A DNA stretch of 63,920 nucleotides, counting the filler, from Octopus bimaculoides (taxonomy: Eukaryota): NCBI RefSeq assembly GCF_001194135.2. It is 5 parts of 5 records of this genome, joined end to end, with 100 filler letters (N's around TTAATTAATTAA, not from the genome) between each part and the next. Parts side by side here need not be neighbours in the genome. Positions count along the whole stretch, not along the records: positions 7,812 to 33,358 come from NC_068992.1; positions 33,459 to 56,395 come from NC_069004.1; 3 more parts are not named here. One strand, given 5' to 3'. The position numbers and the translations under genes were made by a program. Below the pieces are notes generated by a model, which was not told the DNA's origin, did no database searches, and worked only from the letters and a program-made list of their open reading frames with translations. Positions 27,750 to 39,830 of the stretch are shown here, in pieces. Within the stretch, counting starts at the first letter, position 1. Every line of letters starts with the position of its first letter.

Positions 27750-27930
27750 TATTGCAAAAGGCCTTGTTGGAAGTCCAACATTGCAAGTTATTTCAGAGGG
27801 CCTAGAAAAACTGAAGGACACAATAAATGTGTGAATCTGAGAGGGGATTATGTTGAATAAAATCATAATTAACTGATCCTCCTGTATTTTCTTTAATTCA
27901 AAACAAGTAACTTTTCAGCACCCCTTTGTG
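27750..27930 (+). mobile_element. Mariner 3' remnant
   Basis: GLEKL...CVNLRGDYVE* (stop 27858-27860) is a typical mariner C-terminus; it is followed by TIR-like AACTTTTCAGCACCCCTTTGT. Confidence 0.7.
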
Positions 27931-27959
27931 TATATGTATGTCTCTTCTATTTTCTAATT

Positions 27960-28380
27960 ATTATAAATCTTCCACTGAGGAGGGAGCCAGTTTCCAACAA
28001 AGATACAAGGCTCCATCTTTTGGATGCAGTTAACACAGACAAATTCACATTTGGAACTTGAGAATAGTCTTGCATATTTTCACTGTTCCACTCAAAGATT
28101 GCACTTGTAATGTACGAATTCAAAACCTAGTGCTCCAATTATTATGGGTATGAATATGAATTCAAAGTCTGGATATAGAAGCTGGAGATTTCGAAGCAGC
28201 TGTCCATAGATATCCTCTTTTTCTTTGACTTCCAAAGAGATATTTATATCTGCAGGGCAGCTGACCTCTATGATGATACGTACCATTGCCACTCTGTCCA
28301 AAGCTACAATATCCAGCCTGTTATGTTTACATTTGACAGAAGATTTGATGGGAATATTCCACAAGAATTTTTGAATGTCT
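27960..28380 (-). mobile_element. RLE-type non-LTR retrotransposon 3' remnant
   Basis: ORF 28092-28385: KHNRLDIVALDR..IIIEVSCPADINISLEVKEKEDIYGQLLRNLQLLYP..FIPIIIGALG, a restriction-like endonuclease domain of R4/NeSL-type LINEs. Confidence 0.85.
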
Positions 28381-29400
28381 TCCATAACAGGGATTTTCTA
28401 AGTTTATTTCAGAACAATCTTTTGTATGTATGTATTTCTTGTTACTGATAATCATTATATAGCACTATTTCATTCTTCTTAGATATCATCTGCCTAACAT
28501 AAACTCTGACTTACTAATTAAATATTTTACGATGTGAAACATTTCACTAAAGATGGAAATAATTACAGTCTGGAGAAAAATCATAGAATATCTTCTTTTT
28601 TCCTTTTTGTCATAGAATGTTAATAGATTAGAAGTCATGAAAATAGAGAAATAGTTTTTGCATACAGAATAACAGCTGTTTGTAGAGAATTCTACCTTGT
28701 TAAAATGTTTTACAGTAGCCACTAGTTTCAGTTTTAAGCGCAAACAATTTCACAAACTATTTCCTGATGCATTCTTTGAGGTGTAGACATTTCTTTCAAG
28801 TTGGCATATTTCAGTGATATTACTCTGTGTGTGTTATGGACCAGACATCTACACTTATATATTCAAAAACACAATTCCCTCCTTTTCTCTTAGTTGTCTT
28901 CCAGAATATTTTGAGTTAACGAAAATAAGAAATAGAATATTATGCAAGTTTAACTTTCACTTTAAGACTTTCTACATAAAATCGTATTAGGCATTATAAG
29001 CTAGAATTTGAGACAGACGAGTATAGCAAACTCACTATTTTAAGAAATAAACCAGAACACAGTAAAAGTAAATTTTTAAACATTTCTAAAAGGAAATTAA
29101 AGAAGAAACAAAAACAAAACTAGGAAACAGCTAAAAAAACCATACTGGAGACATTCATTTGTCTCCTTTCATTTACTTATAATACATTCATGTCTATGAC
29201 ATGAGATACTCACTTTCTTAGATCAGCTATTGTAATACGATAACGAAACAGAAGAAAGTAAGTCATGTTCTTTCAGAATTTAATATAAATTTTCAACATA
29301 TTTTTCCATTTGGGTTTCAATTTCTCTGATTTTTAAAATAATTTTAAAAAAGTAGTTTACAAAATGTGTTTAGTTAATTGGAGTTTTCAATCTAGAAAAC

Positions 29401-29720
29401 TATCAGGTTGGCAACTAAGTTCTTGCGTTTTTTTTTTTTAATTTAAATTTTTTAGAAGGTTTAATAAAAAAAAATAACGACTAATTAATCAATAATGTCT
29501 TCACCCTTGTTGTTTACAACTTCTTCCCAACGTTCAACAAGATTTTTAATACCTCGCTGCTAGAAATCACCTGATTTTGACTTGAAAAATTGATCCAACC
29601 AAGCTCTCAATTCTGAATCTATCCAAATAATGTGACCTTTAGAGAACATGACTGTCATTTTAAAGCTTCTGTTTGTAATAAGTTACCATTCTACTTGTTC
29701 AGCAGGAATTCCATGCAAGA
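29401..29720 (-). mobile_element. Mariner 3' remnant with TIR
   Basis: Minus strand ELRAWLDQFFKSKSGDF*QRGIKNLVERWEEVVNNKGEDIID* (stop 29485-29487); TIR TATCAGGTTGGCAACTAAGTTCTTGCG at 29401. Confidence 0.85.
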
Positions 29721-29799
29721 GACATAATTCTGGGATTTCACCGGAATCTCAGAAGTACACAGTTACTGTTCATATGTCCCTTTGCAATTTCCTCTCATG

Positions 29800-30665
29800 G
29801 ATGTGTAATATCTGTGTGTGCACATGACAGAGTGTAAGCACCCTGAGAGAAATGTTGGACACAAGGAGCATCAGATGTGGTGTACAAGAGAGACAACTGC
29901 ACTGGTATGGTCATGTGCTGCGTATGGATGAGGAGAGATGTGTGAAGAAGTGTCACGCCCTCACAGTGGAAGGAACCCGTGGAAGAGGGAGACCCAGGAA
30001 GACATGGGATGAGGTGGTGAAGCATGACATTTAAATGTTGGGCCTCACAGAGGCAATGACAAGAAACTGAGACCTTTGGCGATATACTGTGATTGAGAAG
30101 ACCCAGCAAGTAATGTGAGATCACAGCCATAGCCTATACCAGTGTTTCATAACCAGCCCATTTAAAAGTACCCTTGAATCATTGGGTGATATGTTATGCT
30201 TGAGAAGACCTATTGAGTCAAGTAAAATCAAACATCAAAAATCAAAATCAAAAGCAAATAAAGATCGAAATCAAAATTGATATTGTTGTTGTGGCTGATG
30301 CCAGTGCCACCTGACTGGCTCCCCGTGCCGGTGACATGTAAAATGCACCATCAGAATGTGGTCAATGCCAGTCCCCACCACCAACTGGCTCCTGTGCCAG
30401 TGGCACATAAAAAGCACCATCTGAACGTGGTTGATGCCAGTGTTCCCTGACTGGCTCCCATGTTGGTGGCACATAAAAAACACCCACTACAATCTCGGAG
30501 TGGTTGGTGTTAGGAATGGCATCCAGCTGTAGAAACCTTGCCTGATCAGATTGGAACCTGGCACAGCCTACTGGCTTGCCAGTCCCCAGTCAAACCGTTC
30601 AACATGGAAAATGGACGTTAAGTGATGATGATAAAGATGATGATGAAGATGATGATGAAGATGAT
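29800..30665 (+). mobile_element. RTE-clade LINE 3' end (RT C-terminus plus 3'UTR with internal ~65-bp tandem repeats and a (GAT)n tail)
   Basis: QERQLHWYGHVLRMDEERCVKKCHALTVEGTRGRGRPRKTWDEVV is the RTE post-RT motif (WxGHVxRM...GxRxRGRP); the tail is GGACGTTAAGTGATGATGAT. Confidence 0.9.
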
Positions 30666-31603
30666 ATATATGCATGCATGCTCCCATATGTATGTATATG
30701 CATTTATGAACGCACATACACTTCAATACATACATATGCACAGACATACATTATATATATNNNNNNNNNNNNNNNNNNNNNNNNNNNNNNNNNNNNNNNN
30801 NNNNNNNNNNNNNNNNNNNNNNNNNNNNNNNNNNNNNNNNNNNNNNNNNNNNNNNNNNNNNNNNNNNNNNNNNNNNNNNNNNNNNNNNNNNNNNNNNNNN
30901 NNNNNNNNNNNNNNNNNNNNNNNNNNNNNNNNNNNNNNNNNNNNNNNNNNNNNNNNNNNNNNNNNNNNNNNNNNNNNNNNNNNNNNNNNNNNNNNNNNNN
31001 NNNNNNNNNNNNNNNNNNNNNNNNNNNNNNNNNNNNNNNNNNNNNNNNNNNNNNNNNNNNNNNNNNNNNNNNNNNNNNNNNNNNNNNNNNNNNNNNNNNN
31101 NNNNNNNNNNNNNNNNNNNNNNNNNNNNNNNNNNNNNNNNNNNNNNNNNNNNNNNNNNNNNNNNNNNNNNNNNNNNNNNNNNNNNNNNNNNNNNNNNNNN
31201 NNNNNNNNNNNNNNNNNNNNNNNNNNNNNNNNNNNNNNNNNNNNNNNNNNNNNNNNNNNNNNNNNNNNNNNNNNNNNNNNNNNNNNNNNNNNNNNNNNNN
31301 NNNNNNNNNNNNNNNNNNNNNNNNNNNNNNNNNNNNNNNNNNNNNNNNNNNNNNNNNNNNNNNNNNNNNNNNNNNNNNNNNNNNNNNNNNNNNNNNNNNN
31401 NNNNNNNNNNNNNNNNNNNNNNNNNNNNNNNNNNNNNNNNNNNNNNNNNNNNNNNNNNNNNNNNNNNNNNNNNNNNNNNNNNNNNNNNNNNNNNNNNNNN
31501 NNNNNNNNNNNNNNNNNNNNNNNNNNNNNNNNNNNNNNNNNNNNNNNNNNNNNNNNNNNNNNNNNNNNNNNNNNNNNNNNNNNNNNNNNNNNNNNNNNNN
31601 NNN

Positions 31604-31671
<68 letters not shown>

Positions 31672-31690
31672 GAGAGAGATAGAGAGAGAG

Positions 31691-31733
<43 letters not shown>

Positions 31734-32635
31734 ATTATTCACTACCCTAATAATGTCTTTTCATTGTTTGTCACCATTTGCCAAAATCTGATAAAGAACA
31801 TATATATATATAAAATAACAGCAAATATAAATATTGATGATTGTGCTCCAGCAAACATAGATATATTTGCACACAGATGCACACACATGCCCACATGCAC
31901 ACTCACACATGCAAACAAGAACTCACATACATTCTCAAGTACTCATAAACACATATATAGTTCTCTATATATGCATGTGTGCATATAAATAAATATATAC
32001 ATACATATATATATGTATATATATGTATATATATATATATATATACATACACACATTCATATAGATATATATACACACACACACACCTATATACATACAT
32101 ATATANNNNNNNNNNNNNNNNNNNNNNNNNNNNNNNNNNNNNNNNNNNNNNNNNNNNNNNNNNNNNNNNNNNNNNNNNNNNNNNNNNNNNNNNNNNNNNN
32201 NNNNNNNNNNNNNNNNNNNNNNNNNNNNNNNNNNNNNNNNNNNNNNNNNNNNNNNNNNNNNNNNNNNNNNNNNNNNNNNNNNNNNNNNNNNNNNNNNNNN
32301 NNNNNNNNNNNNNNNNNNNNNNNNNNNNNNNNNNNNNNNNNNNNNNNNNNNNNNNNNNNNNNNNNNNNNNNNNNNNNNNNNNNNNNNNNNNNNNNNNNNN
32401 NNNNNNNNNNNNNNNNNNNNNNNNNNNNNNNNNNNNNNNNNNNNNNNNNNNNNNNNNNNNNNNNNNNNNNNNNNNNNNNNNNNNNNNNNNNNNNNNNNNN
32501 NNNNNNNNNNNNNNNNNNNNNNNNNNNNNNNNNNNNNNNNNNNNNNNNNNNNNNNNNNNNNNNNNNNNNNNNNNNNNNNNNNNNNNNNNNNNNNNNNNNN
32601 NNNNNNNNNNNNNNNNNNNNNNNNNNNNNNNNNNN

Positions 32636-32683
<48 letters not shown>

Positions 32684-33309
32684 TCAAACATGCATACACA
32701 TTCAGGCTGATAGCAATACTGAGGAAAAAAATAATTACATTGACTGTTTAAAAGATCTATTTGAGAATTGATTGGTATAGGTCAATTCTTTTATAAAAGG
32801 CAAAGTGTGGCATTTCTTTGGAACTATTAGAATAAATGTCTTTGAGAAAATACATTAAAAATATAGAACCAAGATGTCTAAACCTTAAGTGCTTCTAGTC
32901 TTAGTTTATATTCCAGGTTACCAAAAAAGAATAAGATGAATATTGATTCTAGAATTATGGTTACTTGGCAGCTCTGTGTAAGTCAAGTTAGAAGGTATTA
33001 CTTCCTTGAAGTTCTATCTTGAATTGAAAGTAATATTAATATCATTTTATGTTTATGGAAGATGAGTGTGGAATATTAATTCTGGTGCTTCTTAAAAAGC
33101 CTCGGAACTAATCGATATGTTAGTTTTAGGCCAAGAAAAGCAAAATATTTTTCTCACCACTTGGATTAAAAATAAAAGAAAAAAGTGTATGCATGAATTT
33201 ATTTATCTATCTGTATACATGCACACACATATACACATACACATGTAAACAAACAAATAAATACATATATATATATATATATATGTATACATATATGAAC
33301 ATATATATA

Positions 33310-33358
<49 letters not shown>

Positions 33359-33458
33359 NNNNNNNNNNNNNNNNNNNNNNNNNNNNNNNNNNNNNNNNNN
33401 NNTTAATTAATTAANNNNNNNNNNNNNNNNNNNNNNNNNNNNNNNNNNNNNNNNNNNN
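33359..33458. other. Assembly linker N44-TTAATTAATTAA-N44
   Basis: Same 100-bp structure as 7712-7811. Confidence 0.95.
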
Positions 33459-33478
33459 CTCTCTCTCTCTCTCTCTTA

Positions 33479-33509
<31 letters not shown>

Positions 33510-33867
33510 TCTCTCTCTCCCTTACTTCCTCTTTCAATCTCTTACTTTCTCTCTCTCTCTCTTTCTCTCTCTCACTCTCTTACTTTCTCTTTCTCTTTCT
33601 CTCTTACTTTCTCTCTCTCACCCTCTCTCTCCTTTACTTCCTTTCTCACTCTCTTACTCTCTCTCTCCTTTACTTTTTCTCTCACTCTCTTACTTTCTCT
33701 CTTACTCTGTTACTTTCACTCTCTCTCTCTCTCTCTCTCTCTCTTACTCTCTTTCTCTCCTTTACTTCCTCTTTCAATCTCTTACTTTCTCTCTCTCTCT
33801 CCTTTACTTCCTTTCTCACTCTCTTACTCTCTCTCTCTTTCTCCTTCACTTTTCTCTCAGTCTCTTA

Positions 33868-33912
<45 letters not shown>

Positions 33913-33990
33913 TCTCTTTCTCTCTTTCTTTCCCTTTCTCTTTCCTACTTTCCCACTCTCCTTTACTTCCTCTCTTTCTCTCTCTCTCAC
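33459..33990. repeat. CT-rich degenerate repeat with recurrent CTCTTACT(C/T)T units
   Basis: Directly visible. Confidence 0.85.
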
Positions 33991-35689
33991 AGGAGATTCT
34001 CATTGGTATCAAAAGAAACAAACTGAATCTCTATAGCACTGTTTCGTACCAAATCTCTTTCCCCTCACACACACACACATGCATGCGCATACCTTTATAT
34101 GGGCCTGATATTAATAAAGTGAGTATTTTAATAACATAGATCTATAGATAAAATTGGATGCTGACAACAGTAACGAGAGGAGTGATGATGATGACGGCAG
34201 GGATTCTAGACTAACCCCTACACAGGTATGCATGTTTAAGGTATATAAACATACATGCCCACACAAACACACACACACACATATACATACACACACATAC
34301 ATACACACACACATACACTCACACACACACACACACACAGTACAGAGAGATTTGAGGGAGACTTGACTGTTATTTCATGGAGTTAGAGCAGCCAAATTGG
34401 CTGTATTTAAGATTTGCAAAAGGTTGTTCTCAACCAGGCTTAAAATACCAAAGTTTAAAATGCTCCTGTGATTCTTCAGGGATTGTGGGCCCAAAGAAGG
34501 AAGATAAACAGGTAGACAGATAGATATACAGATACAATTCAAACATATTTAAATAGGTAAATAGACAGATGATGATGAAGGCGGTGACAGCGGTGGTGGT
34601 GGTTTTGGTAAACCACAGATTTGCTTGTCTGTTGGTTGACCAGTCGAGGATGTCCCTTAGTGGCTGACAATATGTTGTGCATTTCTGATCATGAGCAGGA
34701 GTAGTGGCGGAGCATCATAGCCATGAGTTGAGAGGAATTCTTTGTGGGCTCAGGGTTAAAGGCAGAAACAGAGGGATTCATTTTCTTGTTGCCCAGGACC
34801 AGAAGTCTATACACAAAAATCAGGGCTAAACAGAAGCTAATATCCACAACATCAACAACATCAACATAACCACAATCAATAACAACAATAACCACAATCT
34901 CAACAATATCGACAGCAGCAACAACAACAGCAAGAATTGCCACAACAACAATGAAAAATGGCATCAGAGGAGTGGTGCATACCCTGCATGCAGATAAAAG
35001 AGTATTAGAAGCCTAAGTAGATAACAGCTAAAAGTAGACTTGATCGATGTCTATACCAAACGCATATGAGTAAAATTTGCATATGGCTAAATAAATGATT
35101 ATTCAAAAAATAATCATGATTATGAAAAAGAAAGTGAACAAAGTGAAATACATGTAGAAAATATTGCATAGAATTTGAGAAGTGTTTTCAACGTCTTTCA
35201 ATGATGGCAGGTGAACCAAACATACTGTAGTTCATTGTAGGATATAAATAATATGATCACTTGCTTATCGGGAAATTTGTAAGTTTAATTTTTTAAAAAT
35301 TTTTATTCATTTTTTTTAATGTATCACCATTATAGGTATTTATACTCCAGTGAAATTAAGAAATCAATTCATAAATAAATGAAACCCTTGAATCCATCAC
35401 TGTACACACACACAGAGTCGCATATCTATGTATGTATTTATGCATCTATGTATGTATTTATGCATCTATGTATGTGTGTATGTATGTATGTATGTACCCA
35501 TACGAGTCAATGTGCATAGGTACACCATGATCGATACACATTCAGAGGAGGGTCGAATCAAATGACATATATATTGTGTACTGTTCCATGACAATAAGAT
35601 CAACAAAAAAAACATACTCCATCTGGTGAGAGACAAATAGTATTTAATAGACATAATACATGTTTCTATGTGCTAGTAATAGATTCTCG

Positions 35690-35824
35690 TTATTTACATT
35701 ATTTATATTTGATGGATATTTGTCCTCATCTTGCTTGTTGTCAACATGTTTCGACTGATATACCCTCCAACCTTCATCAGGTGTCTTGGGGAACCTGGGT
35801 TCTCATTCCTAAGGTATTTTTCAA

Positions 35825-35883
<59 letters not shown>

Positions 35884-36077
35884 TCACTGCCTGGAATCGA
35901 ACTCGGAATCTTGGGGTTAGTAGCCCACACTCTTAACCACTATGCCTTAGGAACGAGAACCCAGGTTTGAAATTTCCCCAAGACACCTGATGAAGGCTGG
36001 AGGATATATCAGCTGAAACATGTTAACAACAAACAAGATGAGGACAAATATCCATCAAATGTAAGTAATGTAAATAA
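35690..36077. mobile_element. Composite element: ~125-bp inverted repeats with hammerhead-type cores enclosing (TAT)n and a minus-strand tRNA-like head (Penelope-pLTR-like)
   Basis: Left arm 35690-35814 is the reverse complement of right arm 35945-36077. CTGATGA-stem-GAAAC occurs at 35987-36019 (+) and 35780-35748 (-). The minus strand 35946-35880 reads GGCATAGTGGTTAAG...GAGTTCGATTCC (A/B boxes). Confidence 0.75.
35981..36024 (+). ncRNA. Minimal type I hammerhead-ribozyme-like core (probably degenerate at the cleavage site)
   Basis: GACAC-CTGATGA-A-GGCTG[GAGGATATAT]CAGCT-GAAAC-ATGTT. The conserved CUGANGA and GAAA boxes and helix II are present, but helix I and the NUH triplet cannot both be formed in this copy. 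Confidence 0.5.
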
Positions 36078-36504
36078 TGTACATAATTCTTCATCGCTTG
36101 AATATAGAACTGTATAGATTCTTGTGCTGAGAACATGCCAAAACGATGAATTCCATGCATGCACATAAATTCTTTTGCAAAAGGTCTGCACAGTCAAAAC
36201 ATTTTGATTCACCTGTCCACCAGTTTTAAAGATAACCAAACCAAATTTTCATCATTTTGAGCCACTCACCCAATGAATATTTCTGCCAAATTTGGCGAAA
36301 ATTCGTTTTCCAGCTGTTTTTCAGTAATTTTGCAAAGACAAGTGATTACAATACCCTGCTTTCACGGGGTAATAAAAACAATGACAATAACAACAACTAC
36401 ACAACAACATCAGATGACAGCAATAACAACAACCACAGCAATCATAATAACAACAATAACAAGAAGAGTAACAACAACAACAACAACAATAATAATAATG
36501 ATGA

Positions 36505-36704
36505 TTTCAAATTTTGGCACAAGGCCTGCAATTTCGGGAGCAGGGTAAATTGAGCTCAGTTCTCAGCTGTTACTTATTTTATCAACCCCAAAAGAATAAC
36601 AGGTAAAGTCGACCTTGGTGGAATTTGAAACTCAGAACATAAGGCTAGAAAGAAATGCCACTAAGATTTTCGTCCAGTATGCTAACAATTCTGCCAGCAT
36701 GCTA
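36505..36704 (-). mobile_element. Family B SINE variant
   Basis: Reverse complement of the head/central block (GCTAACAATTCTGCCAGC, GAATTTGAA, AAAGTCGACCTTGG). Confidence 0.7.
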
Positions 36705-36766
36705 CCTTAATAATAATAATGATAATATTAATAATGATAATAATGATAATGATAATTATAATAATC

Positions 36767-36800
<34 letters not shown>

Positions 36801-36835
36801 TAATAATAATAATGATGATGATAATAATAATAATA

Positions 36836-37120
36836 ATTGCAAGAATTTGGAATATGAAAATTGTAATTGTTGTGCCTATAATAATTGGTACATTAGGAAA
36901 TGTAAGCAAAGATATAGACAAATGTTTGAAGGAGATTGGAATAGAATGTCCTGTAGAGCTTCTACAGAAAATTTGCCTCTTAGAGAGAGGAAAGATTACC
37001 AGAAGAGTCTTACGCAATTGAAAGACTGTGCATACTAAGGTTACAGGTAGTAAGCTGCTACCCACATAAATTCTACCAGGAATAAGAATAAAACTGAGTG
37101 AAATCAAGAATGATCATAAT
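36836..37120 (+). mobile_element. RLE-type LINE extreme 3' end directly following a (TAA)n tract
   Basis: IARIWNMKIVIVVPIIIGTLGNVSKDIDKCLKEIGIECPVELLQKICLLERGKITRRVLRN* (stop 37019-37021) is homologous to 50700-50885. Confidence 0.85.
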
Positions 37121-37124
37121 TCTT

Positions 37125-37610
37125 TCTACCATAGGCACACAGCCTGAAATTTTCAAGGAGGAGACTAGTTGATTTCATTGACCCAAGAGCTTGACTGATG
37201 CTTAATTTGTCAACCCTAAAAGTATAAAAAGATAAATCAACTGTGGTAGAATTTGAACTCAAAATGTAAAGACGGACACAATTCTTATTTCTTTATTGCC
37301 CACAAGGGGCTAAACATAGAGGGGACAAACAAGGACAGACAAAGGGATTAAGTCGATTACATCGACCCCAGTGCGTAACTGGTACTTAATTTATCGACCC
37401 CGAAAGGATGAAAGGCAAAGTCAACCTCGGCGGAATTTGAACTCAGAACGTAGCTGCAGATGAAATACTGCTAAGCATTTCGCCCGGCGTTGTAACGTTT
37501 CTGCCAGCTCCACGCCGCCTTTTATGGACACAATTCTGACACACAAGACGGACACAATTCTGCTAAGCATTTTGTCCACCATGCTAACACTTCAGCCAGC
37601 TCACTGCCTT
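37125..37610 (-). mobile_element. Young family B SINE (37286-37520) nested in an older family B-variant copy
   Basis: GGACACAATTCT flanks the insert at 37274-37285 and 37526-37537 (TSD-like); the host copy resumes at about 37545. Confidence 0.75.
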
Positions 37611-38102
37611 AACAACAACATTAATAATAATGACAGCAATGACTACGACAGTATCAAAGACAACAGCAACAATAACAACCACAGCAATTACAACAACCTC
37701 AAAAACATCATCATGAACCACAAAAAAACAACAACAACAATAATATCAGTGACTACAAAAAACAGCCTATCATAAACCTTCCATAAAATACTCGGTATAA
37801 AGTACATAGCAATAGATTGTGCTGTTATCTTGGCCGCTATTCATAATTTTGATAAATCTAATGCTATATCAATGGCTAACCTATAACTATACAATATAGC
37901 TTAACATTATATCATCGTAAGCCAGCAATTATTCAGTTTCATATCAACAATATCACATAATGATGTATTTTTACATTCTATTATAAGCTTCCATCTTGAT
38001 ATTAATTGGTATGGTTATAAACAATATGAAGTATTCTAAGTATATGCATCCATACATAAATGCATACGTACATACATATCTACACACACACACATATACG
38101 AA

Positions 38103-38178
<76 letters not shown>

Positions 38179-38256
38179 TGTATATGTAAATGTAAGTTAT
38201 TTATGTTTTTGTACATATCTAGTCATTACTCACTTTCTCTGTCTCTCTCGCATATG

Positions 38257-38287
<31 letters not shown>

Positions 38288-38438
38288 GCACACACACACA
38301 CACACATACATATATGTGTATATATANNNNNNNNNNNNNNNNNNNNNNNNNNNNNNNNNNNNNNNNNNNNNNNNNNNNNNNNNNNNNNNNNNNNNNNNNN
38401 NNNNNNNNNNNNNNNNNNNTATATATATATATATATAT

Positions 38439-38499
<61 letters not shown>

Positions 38500-38501
<2 letters not shown>

Positions 38502-38780
38502 TGGCTTAGTGGTTAGGATGTTGCACTCATGATCTTACTGATCATAATTTCAATTCCTAGGCCAAGTGATGCGTTGTTTTCTTGCGCAAAGCACTTTGTC
38601 TCACGTTGCACTGTGACCACTTCAACACCTGGCGCATGATACACCGTTAACCTGTTCAGGCAATGTAGATTTCATGGGGAGAGCAAGCAAATGCATGGCA
38701 TGAACATTTGATCACCATAAACAAATCCTTTGTGCGGGCTGAATGCTCATACATCATCTTTGATGGGAGAGTCCATCATC
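38500..38780 (+). mobile_element. Family D tRNA-derived SINE, degenerate
   Basis: ATGGCTTAGTGGTTAGGATGTTGCAC head, similar to the reverse complement of 57764-57915. Confidence 0.6.
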
Positions 38781-38809
38781 ATATATATATACACATATAT
38801 ATATATTCA

Positions 38810-39430
38810 TATGTGGGGAAAAGTAGTGAGAAAGGATTTTCAGACATTGGACCCTACAGAGGAGATGACAGGGGACTGAGACTCCTGGCAGTTTGCTGGG
38901 ACTGAGAAGACATGTCAAGCTAAGTGAAAGCGTGGTTGTGCTTGGATACAGGCATGTCCCCTGCACCCCTCTCCAGCTGAGTGATCCTAATCTTGCAGGC
39001 TTGTGGGTGCTGGTGCCGTGTAAAAGACATCCATACTGGTGCCACATGAGAAACACCCTGTATACTCTGTAAAGTGGTTGGCATTAGGAAGGGCATCCAG
39101 CTGTAGAAACCATGCCAAAATGGACATGGAGCCTGGGCAGCCCTTCAGTTAGCCAGCACCTGTCAAACTGTTCAACCCATGCCACCATGGAAAATGGACA
39201 TTAAATGATGATGATGATGACGACGACGACGACAACTATGACATGTGTGTGTGTATGTGCTGTAAGGTCAAGAGCTCACTTTGCAACCACATGGTTTTGG
39301 ATTTAGTCCCACTGTGTGGCACCTTGGGTAAGTGAGTTCTACCCATTTAGTAATTTAGTAACCGCAGGCTGACCAATGCATTGTGAGTGAATTTGGTGAA
39401 TGGAAACTGCATGGAGAAATCCTGTCATGA

Positions 39431-39465
<35 letters not shown>

Positions 39466-39830
39466 NNNNNNNNNNATATATATATATCATCATCATCATC
39501 ATCATCATCATCATTTAATGTCCATCTTCCAAGCTGGCATGGATTGGACAGTTTGACAGGAGCTGGTCAGGTACAAGACTACACCAGGCCACTGTGTCTG
39601 TTTTGGTATGGTTTTTATGGCTGGATACCCTTTCTAACACCAACCACCCAATAGAGTGGACTCAGTGCATTTTACATGGCACCAGCACAGGCAAGATCAG
39701 TTATAGTATGGTTTTTACATCTGGATGCCTTTCCAAATGCCAACCACTTTACAGTGTCGAGTGGATGCTTTTTACGTGGCACCAGCACTGGCTGGATCAC
39801 CAAGTAACTTGCAAGACATTAGAGACGGAA
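38810..39830. mobile_element. RTE-tail-type elements (+ 38810-39240, - 39490-39830) with a family C head between them
   Basis: GGTTGGCATTAGGAAGGGCATCCAGCTGTAGAAAC...ATGGAAAATGGACATTAAATGATG and its reverse complement. Confidence 0.7.
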
